Assembly (NCBI GenBank): GCA_012295275.1
Contig: CM022670.1
Span: 7,502,001 to 7,566,000, forward strand
Reading direction: 5' to 3'
Source of the DNA: Chrysomallon squamiferum
Taxonomy: Eukaryota; Animalia; Mollusca
Length of the DNA stretch: 64,000 bases
The number at the start of each line of letters is the position of its first letter. The stretch's first letter is position 1. The notes below the pieces were generated by a model, which saw nothing but the letters and a program-made list of their open reading frames with translations, had not been told where the DNA came from and made no database searches. This document shows, one piece after another, positions 15,373 through 60,012 of the stretch. A program made the position numbers and the translations under genes.

Positions 15373-16227
15373 ACTCATTAACACATCTGTTTTAAAATTT
15401 ACTTAATTAAATGCTTTAACAAACTCATTATCATTTTTTTTTAAACTTTATACTTTATACATGAATAATCTGACATTTTTAATGAAATTGTTTTTAAATA
15501 TAAAATGAAAATTGTTTATAATACTCTTTATAATAATTAATTTACAAATTGCTTTCCATGTCTTAATTTTAAAACTTTTTAAATTAACATTTTATCAGCT
15601 CTGTTACTATAATCTTCATTAAACTTTTGAAATTCTTTACATGAATACTTCAATAAATGTCTTAAAGAATTATTTTTAAAATTATCCTTAAAGATTTGAA
15701 AACGAAGAATTTTGTCACTAGCAATTTTAATATATCTTGGCAATGTCTGTTATGATTTATTTTTGTTTTTCTTAAATACTTTTGCACTGGTTTAATATTT
15801 GTGAGCACATTTTGATTATATATTTACAAATAAATCTTATGACTCCATGCAAATTATCATTTTAAATTATCTTTAAAACTTCTGTATCATTAATATTATT
15901 GGGATATTTGTTATTCGATTTTGAAAAATATTCCATCACTTTTAATAATATGTTTTTGTAATGATATAAATTCATTATATTATTCATTATATAAATAATT
16001 TTACTTTTGAATACATAATTTTATAATTTGTTGACTGAGCTTTAAATGTTAAAAAAAAAAATAAAAAAAATATTTAAAACAAATAAATTTGCATTTCGCA
16101 TATTTTAAGATTATATTTTACCAGATATTTTTTAACATAAAATATAGTGTGAGAATTTTTTGGTGAATGAAATGTGAATATATGGTTTTATTTCATAATA
16201 ATAATGATAATGATAAAAATAGAACGT

Positions 16228-16259
<32 letters not shown>

Positions 16260-18504
16260 ATTATTGTTAACATATATTATACATAAACAACTACTTTGAT
16301 ATTGATCCAAATAATATTAGTAATAGATTAGTATGTTATATAAAAGTGAATCAAAAACAAACACATTAAATCAACAACAAACTGATAAAAAAAATAAAGT
16401 TATTATCTGCTTTAAAAAAAATTAAATAAAATAATAATAATAATTTTGGTTAAATCTTATTACAAAATTATTTATGTTCTTTACTGAGATTTGTATAAAA
16501 ATTTTCATCAAATCATTTATTATCATGAAACATAATTCTGATACAGGAAATTAATATTTAAAGATATGTTAATATACACTTACAGAACAGTATATACATA
16601 AAAAAATAAATAAATAAATAAATCAACCCAAAAACTGAAAAATAAAAAATACGAAGAAAAATATGTGTCCATATCAGTGACAAATTTCATAACTTACTTA
16701 TTTATCTTTTATATTTGGAAATCCATTTTTTTTTTGTCGGGATGGGTAATAATTAAAACTTGTATGTGTTCACTGTGACTAGCTGTATGATGCTTCCTGG
16801 TTTTTCAAAAAAAAAAAAAACATCAAGTGTTTCTTAAATATACAGTAAAATTTGATATTAAAAAGTCTGACCAAAGCAGACATCAAAAACTAAATACAGT
16901 CTAACCTACATTCTTGAATACCTATTTACCGCAGCAACCTGTCTATGAAGGGCATCTCAAGGTTTATCCACAGTGTATTTTATGTGTAACAATCACCTGT
17001 CTATGACAATCACATTTGTATGAGTGGACATGGTAGTCAGGTGTGAGTGTTTGTTGCTATGTACACATGACACTGATTTCATACTGACAACAAGCTAATT
17101 GTGGAAGATTTGAAGGGTGACTGTGTTTATGTTGATATAAGTAAAACATTTAAACTCAAAAGATTTCTTTTGATATTAAAACTGGTTGGGTGATAAAACA
17201 GAATCTTAAATACCTCCTTAGTTGTGATGTTTTAGCATTGTTGAATTTTAGTTACAGAAAATGTTGTTTTGTTATTAAGATGTTAGCAGAACACATGACT
17301 TACAGCATGTTTTACAGTTATGTTTTAAGAAACAGTTTTTTCTTACACGATCATATCAACTTTTTGTTGAGTTTTCAATTGAACAGTAAAAAGTCTGATA
17401 GATTATTTACTGTGTTTGATGAAGTCATTTTGGTTTTCTTTATGTAAAGTGTTTGTTATAATATGTGAAAAACGTGAACTAACTGTGAAATATTGCTGTC
17501 CAAGAAACTCAGAACATTCATTTTCTATCAAAAACCTTTAGTGCTGTATCACTGTATACCATTTCTCCTTTTGGAAGGTCAGTTTGATTGCTAAGTTATG
17601 TTAGATAATTAATTGTTGTGTTAATGTTGGTTTCAATCTATAAAATGTCAGGTTATTATATGAACAAAAATAATTCACATGTTCCACTTTTCTTTCCTTC
17701 TTTTCCTTCTTTCTTCTTACCTTCCTTTTTTCTTTCATTCTTTGTGTGTGTGTGTGAATAAAAGAAAAGTAGTTTATAAAATTAACTCTGTTTTAAACGC
17801 TGACAACTTTGACAGTGTTTTTCATGAGCAGTTTAGTTGAAATGTCAGTTGTTTGACACACATTTATCTGTCTCAAAACATATCATGCATTTGAAGATGT
17901 TTTTTATTTAAATAGTAATGTTATTATTGATGATTTGTTTGTCAAACATAATCCTTTTTATCTTATTTGTCATATGAATTTATTCATATGAATATATAAC
18001 ACTGTCTGGCTTTTTGGTCTTATTTATTTATATTTGAATAATATAGTCAGGTTTTTTTTGGAAATTAAAATTTTTGTTTGTTTGATAGTGTATTATTATT
18101 CTTATTCTTATTATTCTTATTCTTCTTCTTCTTCTTCTTCTTCTTATTATTATTATTATCATCATCAAATTAATTTATCAATAAAGCTTGTCAGTTTTCA
18201 TCAATTACTAGTCTTTTTTTTTTTTTTTGGATGATTATTTTTATTTGTTTAATATAAATAAAAGCACAAAATTAATGATACTTCATATTTGATTCTTTAA
18301 CTGTTATTAACTGCACAAATGTTTATTTTAAGTAATTTGAATGTAGATGTATTTATACATTAACAAATTATTATTATTATTATTATTATTATTAGTCTTA
18401 CTGTTTTTATTGATTATTCTTACTGTTATTATCATTGTTATTGTTTTTAATTTTATCATCATTATTATCAATACTTTTATTATAATTATTGTTATTAATA
18501 TTAC

Positions 18505-18550
<46 letters not shown>

Positions 18551-19216
18551 AAGTTTTCATTCAAATAAAATAAAGAAGGAGAAAGACAGGTAAATAATTA
18601 TTTTTATTTTCTAAATGTTTTATAGTGAAGTAAAACCTTTTCTTGCAAAACATTTCTCATCATTTGTTATTATCATTATTTATTTCAGCATTATCATTAT
18701 CCTCTCACAGCAAGTATTATGTCAGTGTGCTATATTTTTTTTTCTTGATTATATTTACAATTTATATACCAAGCAGTGAAGTGTAAGTTATTTATGGCAA
18801 TATATACATGCATCTTATGGTTGCAGTTTGATTCTGACACATTCCACGCTTTATGTATTTAAAAGTAACTTTTGTTTATTTTCAATATTTATCATATATA
18901 TCTATATATCTGTATTGTACACAAAGTATTTTTAAAGATATTTGTTTAGCTTTCTTACTGTTTTGGGTAATTTGGTACTGATAAAATGAAGTTGTAGGTT
19001 AGGGTTGTGTTCTTTGTGTGGTGTATGTTTGTTTTAATGCTGACAAGATAACATTAATATTGAGATAAGAATAAAAACCGAGAGACAGTGTTACTGTGTT
19101 GACTTATTTCTGTTAATATAGTGTTTGTTTCTATATTAATAATAATAACTAGTACTGCTGCTGCTATTACTAGTACAGTTAATATTGTTATTATTATTTG
19201 TTTTTTGTTATTACTC

Positions 19217-19254
<38 letters not shown>

Positions 19255-19307
19255 TATTATTATTATTACCATTCTCATTCTTCTTTTTCCTTTTCTTCTT
19301 CTTCTTA

Positions 19308-19351
<44 letters not shown>

Positions 19352-19690
19352 GTTATTGTCGTTGTTGTTGTTGTGATTACAACTGCCAATCATTTTGTAA
19401 TTTGTTATTTTTCTAATATTTAAATGAATGAACGAATGTTTAACGAACATTTTAATATTAGTCATGCACATGATACTTTTGCTGACAGTAATCATAATAA
19501 ATATTACAATTTGCGTTATCGAACAGCAAGAAGTGAACCTTCCTCTGTTTCGTGGCAAAATACTTATCAGATGATCTTGAGTAAATAAGTTTTAGGTCAG
19601 TCACTGAAATCGCTTACGTGACTTTTTAGTGTGTGTTTTTTACTTTTTTTTTTTTCGATTTTTTTTTTTTTTTTTTTTTTGCTTCAAACT

Positions 19691-19729
<39 letters not shown>

Positions 19730-19896
19730 TAAATATATAAAGAAATAAAAAGCAGGGTTAAGAAATAAGCTGTCTCTTGTGGGTCCAGTCCTAAAATAAC
19801 GTGTAGAATAAGTAAATAACTTTGTAATGACTTCAAGCTGGCGGTTTTGAATTCACTTTAATGAGTAACATGTTTATTTTGATTTCCCTGGTGAAC

Positions 19897-19970
19897 GAAT
19901 GAATAAATGAATGCTTAACGAAACCCCAGCACGAAAAACATATTGGCTGTTGAGCTATCGGGTGTCAAAC
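19897..19970. mobile_element. Possible degenerate short interspersed repeat fragment
   Basis: (GAAT)n-like head followed by an imperfect hairpin ACCCCAGC...GCTATCGGGTGTC. Resembles repeats I recall from gastropod genomes; not verifiable here. Confidence 0.3.
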
Positions 19971-21253
19971 AACGATAACCTAGACAAGTTTAATGTTTAA
20001 GAATTACGTTGTTGAAACTTTTGAATTAATTAATGTTTGATGAAGGAGGTTCTATTACAAAGCATATATTAATGGAAAGTCAATAAACTGAGACATTTCA
20101 AATATCAGAAGTGTTATATATTGTTATCATTTTATTTTATTTATTTTTATTTTTATTTTTTGCTTATGCGGACATCGGTTTAAGGGAATACAATTAGCCA
20201 GTGTGGATTCGAATTGGAAACAATAATAAAAAAAAAAAAAAAAAAAAAGTCTACTACATATCTTTGTTAATTACCATTTCCATAACATTACTTTAAATAT
20301 CTAACACCTTTTCTATGCTGCTCTCACACACACGCACACACACACACACACACACACCAAGAGGCACCTGTAAGCACAATACGGATGCAGTTTACTAAAT
20401 AAACACTGAATTAATTAAAACATTTCAAAAAATGTAGTTTACTTCAGCGTTCTTTACACTGGAGTTTCACATCATGGAAGAAAACAAACAAAAACAACCT
20501 TTCAGTACATCCTGTTTTACACGTCCTTCTACAAATGTTTGCCATTAGATTAAGTATACAAGAAAGACGTAATTGGGAAAGATTTACGAAAAAAACACGA
20601 CACAAATAATGAGAAGAAGCTGGCGATATCTGAAGACTGAGCAAGACGTCTAAATAAATATCTAAATCGTGATACAAGACAGTTGAAATGAAAGGTCGTT
20701 GGCCCGTTACGCAAACAGAATTAAGGGATGACTTATAATTTATTACATAAATAAAGTGAAGGGATGGTCGACCTGTTGTTGTACATAAATTAAAGATATT
20801 GTTGATTTGTTATTGTATAAACAAAATGAAGGGATGGTCGGTAAAAATGCAAAACTATGCAGTTAATTAATTCTTACTGACGTAACGACAAATACAGGCT
20901 GCAATAACAGCAAAACCAGCAACAGCTACAGCTTTAACAGAAAACAACGACTGTAACAGCAGTATATATATATATAGGCAGGCACAACTGCAACAACAAC
21001 GACTACAAAAATAGCAAGAAGAAAACAAATGCCAACAACAGTTGTATTCACAAGTAATGATTCTGTGAACAGTAACTTTCACGTTAATTTTTATATTAAT
21101 ATAAAAAACAAAACAATAGTAATAAAAAATATTTTTTCTTCTTATTATTATTATTACTACTACTACTACTACTACTACTACTGTACTTGTTACTGAATAT
21201 ACTATTGTTCGTGTCATTATTATTTTTTTTTTTTCTAACTGTATAGTTTTTTT

Positions 21254-21288
<35 letters not shown>

Positions 21289-21364
21289 GTGAGAAAAGTA
21301 AGATATTCTTCTTCTAGTTCTTGTTCTTCTTCTTCTTCTTCTTCTTGTTCTTCTTCTTCTTATT

Positions 21365-21630
21365 ATTATATTTAATATTTTATCTGAGTTGTACAAAGGT
21401 TATCTCTCGGTTATCTACCCGAGACCGGACATGCTGAGTGTTGTAAAAACAACCACTTGAATTATCTTGTTTTTAAAAACTCTAGTCCAACAAACGTGCT
21501 TCACATCACCTTCTATTTCTAATATATCACAACTACTAATACTAGTATTACTTTTACTACTACCACTACCACTACTACTACTACTAATAATAATAATAAT
21601 CAGAATAACAAAAACGACAGAAGTAGTAAT
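21365..21630 (+). repeat. Dispersed repeat or segmental copy 2
   Basis: Few substitutions relative to 10940-11200. Confidence 0.85.
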
Positions 21631-22307
21631 AGTAGTAGTACTAGCAGTAATACTATTAGTAGTAGTAATAACAGTAATAATAATAATAATAGTAGTAGTA
21701 GTAGAAGTAGCAGTAGAATGTAAAGTGTGTGTATATATGTTTGTATATGACTATGTACATATATTTTCATAATTATGCCTATTGAAAACACGCAACTCTG
21801 AAGTTATTTGCACTGAAAGTTTGAATTTTGTTCAGGTCAAGGTCTGGTCTGTTTTTTTCCTTTGAACTCTTACCAAAAAACTAAACAAAATTCTAGAACA
21901 CTGGTGATTTTCTTAGATAAAACCCTCGACAACTGTTTACAGTTACACAAACTTATTTTCGTACTTGAGCGAAACGCAAACTTAACAAAGTTCTATGTTT
22001 GATTATGATAAATTAATGCGAGAAATGGTCAACATAATAAAAGGTAACTTCAAACGTAACTGTGTAATTAAGAAATAATTTATTAGAATTATAATTGATA
22101 TCGGTGAAGTATTTGTCTACGACAAACAGCAGTATGTTTATTAAATGTCATGAAGCACACACTAACACACACACATATATACAGACGCACACACACACAC
22201 ATACACACACATATAAACAGGCACACATACATATTTAACAAAAAAGTGAGAGAGAAAAATGTGAGGGCGAGGAAGAGAGAAAGTGAGAGAAGAACTAAAG
22301 AAAGAAG

Positions 22308-22347
<40 letters not shown>

Positions 22348-22843
22348 AGAGAGATTTTTTCTAGCTTCCTCTTTCTGTTATTTTTTATATCGATCTTTCT
22401 ATCATCTATCTATATATCTAGCTATCTATCTATATTTATATATATATATATATATACATACGTTTACTGCATGTATTTATGTATGTCTGTGTGTGTATTA
22501 CGTTTATATGTGTGTGTATATATATATATACATAATACACACAGACATACACACAGATATATATATATATATATATATAATTATGTGGAAATGTAATGAC
22601 ATTTAAATTTCTTTTCTCTGTTGGCAACATTTTTGAATTTGTTGGCACAGCCTGTCTTCTCGATAATTAATATTGCCGTGTTTAGACACGTCAGGTCCAC
22701 TGAGAGATCTCTTAGACTGGTTTCTTATTGGACACGAATCACTTGAGTTGAAAGTAATTTGGAAAGAAATAAGATTACTTTATGGAATAATTACTAAATT
22801 TTATACAGGTTTTTCAAGACCAAGTCGTCTAGTATGTTAAAAC

Positions 22844-22890
<47 letters not shown>

Positions 22891-23014
22891 TAAATAACAA
22901 CGACAGCAACACCACCACCACCACCAAAAATAATAATAAATAATAACAACATGAACAACAACAGCAACAACAACAGCAACAGCAGAGCAGCAGCAACAAC
23001 AACAGCAACAACAG

Positions 23015-23049
<35 letters not shown>

Positions 23050-23751
23050 CAACAACAATAATAATAGTAATAATACACAAGATAAATTTACACAATGACA
23101 GAACGGTTGAACAACACAGGTAAGATAACCTAGTTGCCTGACAAGAATCGCGTATTTTCATGACGCAGAAAAGTCGATATTAATTTGTTTCTTCCCAACA
23201 GATTTATCCTCTTGTCAGTTCAGATATCTTGTTCAAATTACAAACAGCAGATAACGCCAATTCAGTGGAGGGTTTTTAAAGTCAGGGGGGATTAACACCA
23301 AATCAAATGGGGCCAGTAACCTCTGTGTTTTCATGTGTATGGGAAGGTACTTAAAAAAAAATCTCTTACTGCTATTTGAAAAATTCGTAATGTTTTTGTC
23401 TCTGTTTTCTGTAATACCTTCAGCCATATAATCACAGATCAAAATTTATTATTAAATAATTTATTTTCGACTTTTCTTCCTGCGAACTGACAAGAGAGAG
23501 AGCCTTACAGATTAAATAACTTTAAATCGCCATTAATTGAACGCTGATAAAAAATGGAATCAACTGGTGGTAGATAAACTCTAAGATCGAGCCCTGGGAC
23601 CGCCTTTCATCCAATATGTACTGCTACCACACGATTTCGAAATTCTTTCAACATTAAAATGTTCTAATTCGTCTCGAATACGTGTCAGAAACGTGCATGC
23701 TTGACAATAGGTTTCTCTGACTTCTTCAGTACACACAAATTTCTTAAATAA

Positions 23752-23822
<71 letters not shown>

Positions 23823-23914
23823 CGAAAGTTTTATTTATTTTCATACACTTACAGAAATTCGCCCCCACCCCACCCGGCACCGCTTTAATCTACCCGAGCA
23901 ACGCACACGATCTT

Positions 23915-24065
23915 GAAAATTTTCCGTCGTCCGCTGCCTGAAGTGCACCCCAGGCGCTCACCCCCTTGACAGAGATAACTGGGTGACATTTATCAACTAG
24001 GAGGGTATAAAAACAAGCGCGTGCATTTGTAGAGCGGGTCCCCACTGTTTCTCAGTCAGGTAAGT
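23915..24065 (+). promoter_or_regulatory. TEP core promoter and short non-coding exon 1
   Basis: TATAAAAA at 24006-24013 in a GC-richer island. GATA sites AGATAA 23973-23978 and TTATCA 23990-23995. Rel/kB-like GAAAATTTTCC 23915-23925. Donor CAG|GTAAGT (exon end 24059); next acceptor at 25739, 15 nt before the ATG. Confidence 0.65.
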
Positions 24066-24480
24066 CTTGTTTTAGTTTTAATCAACATTTAAATTGTGTC
24101 TCGTAATGTCTTATCTATATTTTAGTCAAAATGTATATGGCTGCCGAAAAATATAATTAATTTAGAGTTTGTGAGGGAAGAAGTATATTTATTCATAATA
24201 TCATATTATAATTGTTGTTGTTCATTAGTATTATTATTCTTTAACTGGATTATTTTATTTATTATACTGAGAAAAAAAAAAAAAAAAAAAAACTAATACA
24301 CATATATAATTTTTTATTGTCTGATTTCTATTTGTGAAATTTAAGGTTCACAGCAATGAAATTTTAATTAAAAAAAATAAAATAAAATAAAAATATTTAT
24401 ACCCAAACAAGATTATGTAATTTTCATCTTTTTCTTTTTCTTACTTTCTGGGTTTTTTTTTGTTTTGTTTCTTTCTTCTT

Positions 24481-24568
<88 letters not shown>

Positions 24569-25754
24569 CGTGTCACCATTCTTAACTTACGTTAATTTTA
24601 CCAGACGTGTAATACAACGCGCGCACCGACCTTCCCTTTCAGCTTCCATTGATTTTTCAAACCTTATTATTTTTTCCCCTCTTAACTCACGTTATCGCTC
24701 AAGATCATCAGCAGTTGTACGTTTTCACAGCGCCTCGACGCTTTCAACTTAATCCTAGCTCAGGAGCAATATATCTGATTTATATGTATCTGGATAACAC
24801 TGGAAATCTTTTTAAAGAAGTGATATATTTTTTCAGCCCTTCATTTTTTTTTTTTTAAGTGTCGCGAAGTGCAGTACACTTTAACCAAAGCTTTCCTGCA
24901 ATGGATGGTTTATCCTTGCAGACTGAGTCTTATTATTGCAGGATGACAGTGACTCCATGTTCCAATTTTGCGCCGATCAAGCGTTATTTATTGAATTATC
25001 CACTCCGACTTTCACTTAGAAAGAAGAAGAAGAAGAAGAAAAAAAGATGGCATTGAAAAAAAAAAAAAAAAAAAAAAAAATCTATTTAAGGTCAATTTAT
25101 CCAGAGCTATATCGTCCATCAATATTGTGAACTAAGAAACAGCGTCTGAATAAATAAACTAAATTAAACTTGCTGATATTAAATTAGCGGTGACGACAGA
25201 GGATCAATCCCCCTGTCTGTGACTATTAAACTATTTTCCGTTCCAGAAACTTCCCCAAATTAGATAATTCTTTTTATTATTCGTATGTAAACGTTCTGTT
25301 GCTGTTATCAGAATTCTCGCGGGCTAATCATTATGAAATAAATAAATAAAACATTTGTTTTTGCATCTTAAAATCAATAAAAAAACTAAAACGTCATTTT
25401 TGTCTAAATTATTGAAATATTATTTATAAGTTTGTCTTGCATGTTAATTTCAAACAAATTATACATTTAATGCCATTGTAGAAAATATCTGACACTTTTT
25501 AAAACACGTTTTTACTTAACATTTTCCTCAAAATCCAGTTAAATACTCTTCTTAAGTATTAAATTATCGGCCTACCATCACAGAATAATACGGAATGAAA
25601 ACATTTCAACTTCTATTAACATGAATGAATGCGTCACACCACATAGAAATATGCCGTTTGTACTGACAGTAAATATTAAACTGCTGTGAATATTAAACGA
25701 AAACGCTTATTATTAATCATTATTTTCTTTTTCTTTCAGACTCGTACGATCATC

Positions 25755-55473
<29,719 letters not shown>

Positions 55474-55705
55474 ATGCAATGAAATCGAAACAGACTGGAC
55501 CAACGATAGGAAATTTCACAGATAATGAACATAAACATTGTGTATTTTTTTGCTTCTACATAACTGAAATTAGAAAGCGATTCTGTATCCTACGGACATT
55601 TGGAATGTTACCTATTTTAATCATACCATATGCTATTCAGACTGATTTCCTAATTACAATACTAATTTCATAATCCAAATGATGACTTATTGATTATTAA
55701 TATCT

Positions 55706-55711
55706 AATAAA
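55706..55711 (+). terminator. Probable polyadenylation signal of the TEP gene
   Basis: AATAAA about 230 nt after the stop codon at 55471-55473. Confidence 0.5.
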
Positions 55712-56757
55712 ATATTTTTCGTACAAAAACAGAAATGTTGTTCTTTCTAAAATCTGCTATATTACCTTTCCAATTTAGCGTTAAAAATTAAATTTTAGCT
55801 TAGATTTTTGTTATATATTTTGTATATATTCCATATTGCATAAAAATCTACTGCTGTTAATACGAGTAAGATAGCTGATTGACTAGAGATAGTAAACTTT
55901 CTCGGTTACATCATCATTATGTACAAACTTTATGTATAGAGATATGTTAAAAATGAATCTTTTGATGATGAACAAGATGATGATGATATTAATAACAATA
56001 ATAATAAACGTAAAAACTGATGATATGAAAATTTTTTAGAATTTTGGGAAATTAATTGCAGAACTTATTTGTTTTCAGTAAGTTACAACAGTTACTAACA
56101 CACGTTTACAAGTACACAGAAACATATTCACACAATGTAGCATCATCATTTATCATTAATTATTTCTGATAACAGTAATGAAGATGAAAACAATAAGTAA
56201 TAAAAACAATAATAATTATAACAATAATAATAATAATAAAAATAATAGTAGTGATAATGACACTTGTTGTTGTTTTGCGATTAATTGTTTTCATCTTTGA
56301 CTCGTGTTTTAAAAGGCTCATAAAAATAATCATGATAAAAACAACATGCCTCCCGCTCTCGTTATAGGTCGCTTTCAGAATCCGTCATCTCTATTTACTC
56401 TTTGTTTATCGAGTTTTTTTGATGTTCTCTTCCATAAATACTGTTCTGTCAGTCGCGCTATCGACAAATCACTCCTGTGAGAGGAAATAAAAATAACTTA
56501 TGTAAATAAATGATTGTCGATTTGGAATGAGAGTGATTTACTTTACAGTGATTTTTGTGTCAATATAATGAAACAGCAGGTACGTAAAAGCTTAGTAAAT
56601 AACTGAATTCGTTTAATTACTTCTTCAAAGCCAGTGAAACAAATTGTCGCAAATGAGACTCGAAATGATAAACCGTTATAAGCACAAACTGCCATATCAA
56701 AACATGCATCACATAGATTTCTCTCCACATTGTTCGTCATCGTCAAAAAGTGGTAGG

Positions 56758-59700
56758 ATGCTCGCTACTGGCAAAATGCTGGGTTTTTTGAAAACCTTAC
56801 TGATACTTTTTATTTTTCTCACAACTGTGGCGATGGAGAACATGTCTAATACAGATGAAACAAATTTTGATGATCTGTTTGATACAAAGTCGTCTAAAAG
56901 CGTTGACATTGACGATTTATTCAATGGATCGGTTTCCAGCCAATCAGTTGATCCAAACTCATTAATAGATAAACCTTCACCAGTAGAAACAAAATCGTCT
57001 TTCCTACCGACTCTCAATAGTCCTTTTGATCACATCAGAAGATATTTCAGTGATCTTCTAAGCCAGGTCGTAGCATTAAATTCAGAATATTGTGGTCGTA
57101 CGTGCAATTTCAGTCACACGTTAACGATGGATGGTGTAAACGTTTACTGTGACGGATGCAGCTGTAGGGAAAACTGTATGGAATCAAACAACTGCTGTCC
57201 CGATATTCTTCTCCTTCAGAAAAACCAGACACAGACTTCATTCCTGAATCCAGGCTGTGTAGAATCAGAACTGCCTGTCACTGAACATATCCAATACTAT
57301 CAGATGATCACGTGGTGTCCTGACTCTTACAACATTTCATTTGTAAACGAAAAATGTGAAAACTCTTCCTACACGAAGTGGACTAACGTCGTGCCTCACT
57401 TCAACTCCGACACTGGCATTTCGTACAGAAACATCTACTGCGCCAGGTGTCACGGACAAAACAGCACTCGAACCTGGATGACGTCAATCACCTGTTCTTC
57501 TTTTGACATTTCTCTCGAATCTGCTTCGCTTTCTGAGATTTTCGCAGCCGTAATGAAAAGTAAGGTATGTAGTATTGACTTCACGTCTCCGAAACATCTA
57601 GAAAAGCTGAAATGCAACAGAAGGAAGAACGGTGTCATCGGACAGTGTAACGTAACCGGTCGTTGGCCTTTTTATGACAGAAACGTTGACGTCGCTTGTT
57701 CCATGTTCTCACAAGTTGTGTTTGGTACATACAGAAATATTTTCTGCTACTATTGCAACACTCACACTAACTGGGAACATATTTTAAATGTGGTAATTCC
57801 AGACCAATCGAAGAATCCAATGTCAGTGCCTTTAACTGCTCTGATTAATTTTGATACCGTCAAAGAGGCCCAAAATACAGCCTATGCTGAGAGTGTAGAC
57901 GTCGAAATAAACGATAAAGTAAGTGAAACTATTTAATTTCCCTCTTTCTCATTCGCGCACCTTTCCGTCTCTCTTTTCACGTTCTCTCACGCTCTGTCTT
58001 TCTGTCTCTTATTTCGTTCCTTGAATCGCACTGTCTCTCTGTCTTATTGTATTCTTTAGGTGTTATATTATTATCTTAATAGTCGTTGTCGTCGTCATCA
58101 TCATCGTCATATACTTCTTCTTCTTCACATTATCTTACATTTAATTTTTATGTTTCAGTATTCGAATCTGTCAATCTCTTGCGCTGAAGGAAAACGTCTC
58201 ATTAACGACGAATGTCACAGTCTGTTTACCTCATCTAACATGTACGGCTACAGAGTTTGTTTCCAAGTGAACGTCACCATCGACAGGCAGCTGACCTCTG
58301 AGACTGCCACTTACTTAATAATGAAAAACATGCCACGATTCGACCGCAGTGTCCTTCAGACAGCTAACTTCACTGGTTATATCGTACAACTACAAAACTG
58401 CCCGCGATACAAGATGTATGCAGTAATGCGACAAGTTTTCTTCATTTACACGGTGAGCTATCTGAACCGCGATCAGTTTGAGAAAGAACTACTGGGAGGC
58501 AGACTGATTCAAACAGACCCGAGCACATTTCATCGTTTCCATGCTGGTTGCAACAACGGACATGAAATGGCTTTGACAAAAGGAGATCCATTTTACTGTA
58601 CCGGTCTAAATAATAAATTTGTCTACAAAGAAATATCTCCTGTTATAGAAGCAGATATAAAAGTGTACGAAGGAGCCAGATACATTCAGCTTTCCAAACA
58701 GCTTGTTTGTCCAAGAGTAAAACTCAGCGACTGGGAATACAACGTTAGTCTATATAACGACAAAACAGGTAAAACTACACAACATGGAAATACCAAATTT
58801 CCCACATTGACCATTTTAATCACGGGAACTGTTCTGAACCACCAAGATTTCCAAATATTGGACGATGGATCCATTGTTGTCTGTCTTGAAGACTACGTGA
58901 ACGCTACTTTCCACGCAAAGTATTCGAACAAACACAAACTGCAAGAAACACAGCAGAATATTCTGGGAATTTTTTCATTCGTTTGTAGCTCGATCTCGCT
59001 TTTATTTTTAGCTTTAACGTTTACCACTTACTGTTTTTTCCCCAGCATGCGTACTGTAGGTGGGGTGTGTAATATGTGTCTCGTAGCAACCGTATTCGCC
59101 GCGCAAGCCGTCTTTGAATATGGAATTGAACAAAACGAAGACGCAATTGGTTGTAAGGTTATTGGCATTATTATTCATTTTCTTTGGCTGGCCGCAGTGT
59201 TTTGGATGAATGCATGCACGTTTGTTCTTTTTCTTAAATTGTCTTTTCCTCTTAAATGTCGAAACTTCGACCAGAGTTTGAGAAAAATAGTTTTGCTTTC
59301 TGCTTTGTATTCTTATGGTGTGTCTGCTTTGATTGTCACTTTGAACATAATTACAAACTTTGCATTACACAGTCAGATCGGTTACGGAGGTATAATTTGT
59401 TATCTGAACAACTCCAGTTCTAAAACCTATTTCTTCAAAATTCCAATGGGAGTTATCGTCCTTGTGAATATTGGTCTCTTTGTTTTCACACTTTGTAACG
59501 TTCGTCGTCACGGTTCAGTGAACAGCACACGAGAAAGTAAAATAAATATGTTTGCTTGTTTCAAGCTGTCGGCTACTACAGGCCTGTTTTGGTTGTTTTC
59601 GTATCTTTACGAAGTTTTTCAGATAGAAGTGTTTGCTTACGTTTTTACGATTTTTGTAGGTTTGCAAGGAGTTTTGTTTTTCGTCGCTATTGTCGTTAAC

Positions 59701-59853
59701 CGAAACGTTCTGTCACTCTGGTCACGTCGTCTCCGAGACAAGAAAGATCACGTACACGCGAACTCAACAACGTCAACGGAACGACTGACAAACAACAGCA
59801 AACATTCCCATGATTATGAACTTACTGGAAATCCTGTTGATGATAAACAGTGA
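56758..59853 (+). CDS. Class B-like (adhesion/Methuselah-like) GPCR with Cys-rich ectodomain, about 951 aa, 2 exons
   Basis: Exons 56758-57918 (AAA|GTAAGT) and 58159-59853 (TTTCAG|TAT), phase 0. Hydrophobic leader, somatomedin-B-like CSCRENCMESNNCCPD, two YRNI(Y/F)CxxC modules, 7TM with CKVIGIIIHFLWLAAVFWM, GYGGIIC, TGLFW, GLQG. Start codon chosen by signal-peptide context. Confidence 0.88.
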
Positions 59854-59938
59854 TCTACAAAATTATTTTATTTTATTTTATTTTTATTTGTTTATTTGTT
59901 TCATTCTTTCTTTCTTTGCTTATTTACTTATTAATTTA

Positions 59939-60012
59939 TGACAAACAGCAGTAAACATTCCCATGACCACGAACTTACTGGAAATCCAGTTGATGATAAA
60001 CGGTGATCTAAA
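59939..60012 (+). repeat. Tandem duplicate of the GPCR C-terminal coding end and stop codon in the 3' UTR
   Basis: TGACAAACAGCAGTAAACATTCCCATGAC...GATGATAAACGGTGATCTA copies 59786-59860 at a 153-nt offset. Confidence 0.9.

Noticed and set aside
56644-56757. ORF-track N-terminal extension of the GPCR (and intronic extensions at 11923 and 58060)
   Set aside because: They start at non-ATG codons or run through intron sequence; splice sites and signal-peptide position define better boundaries.
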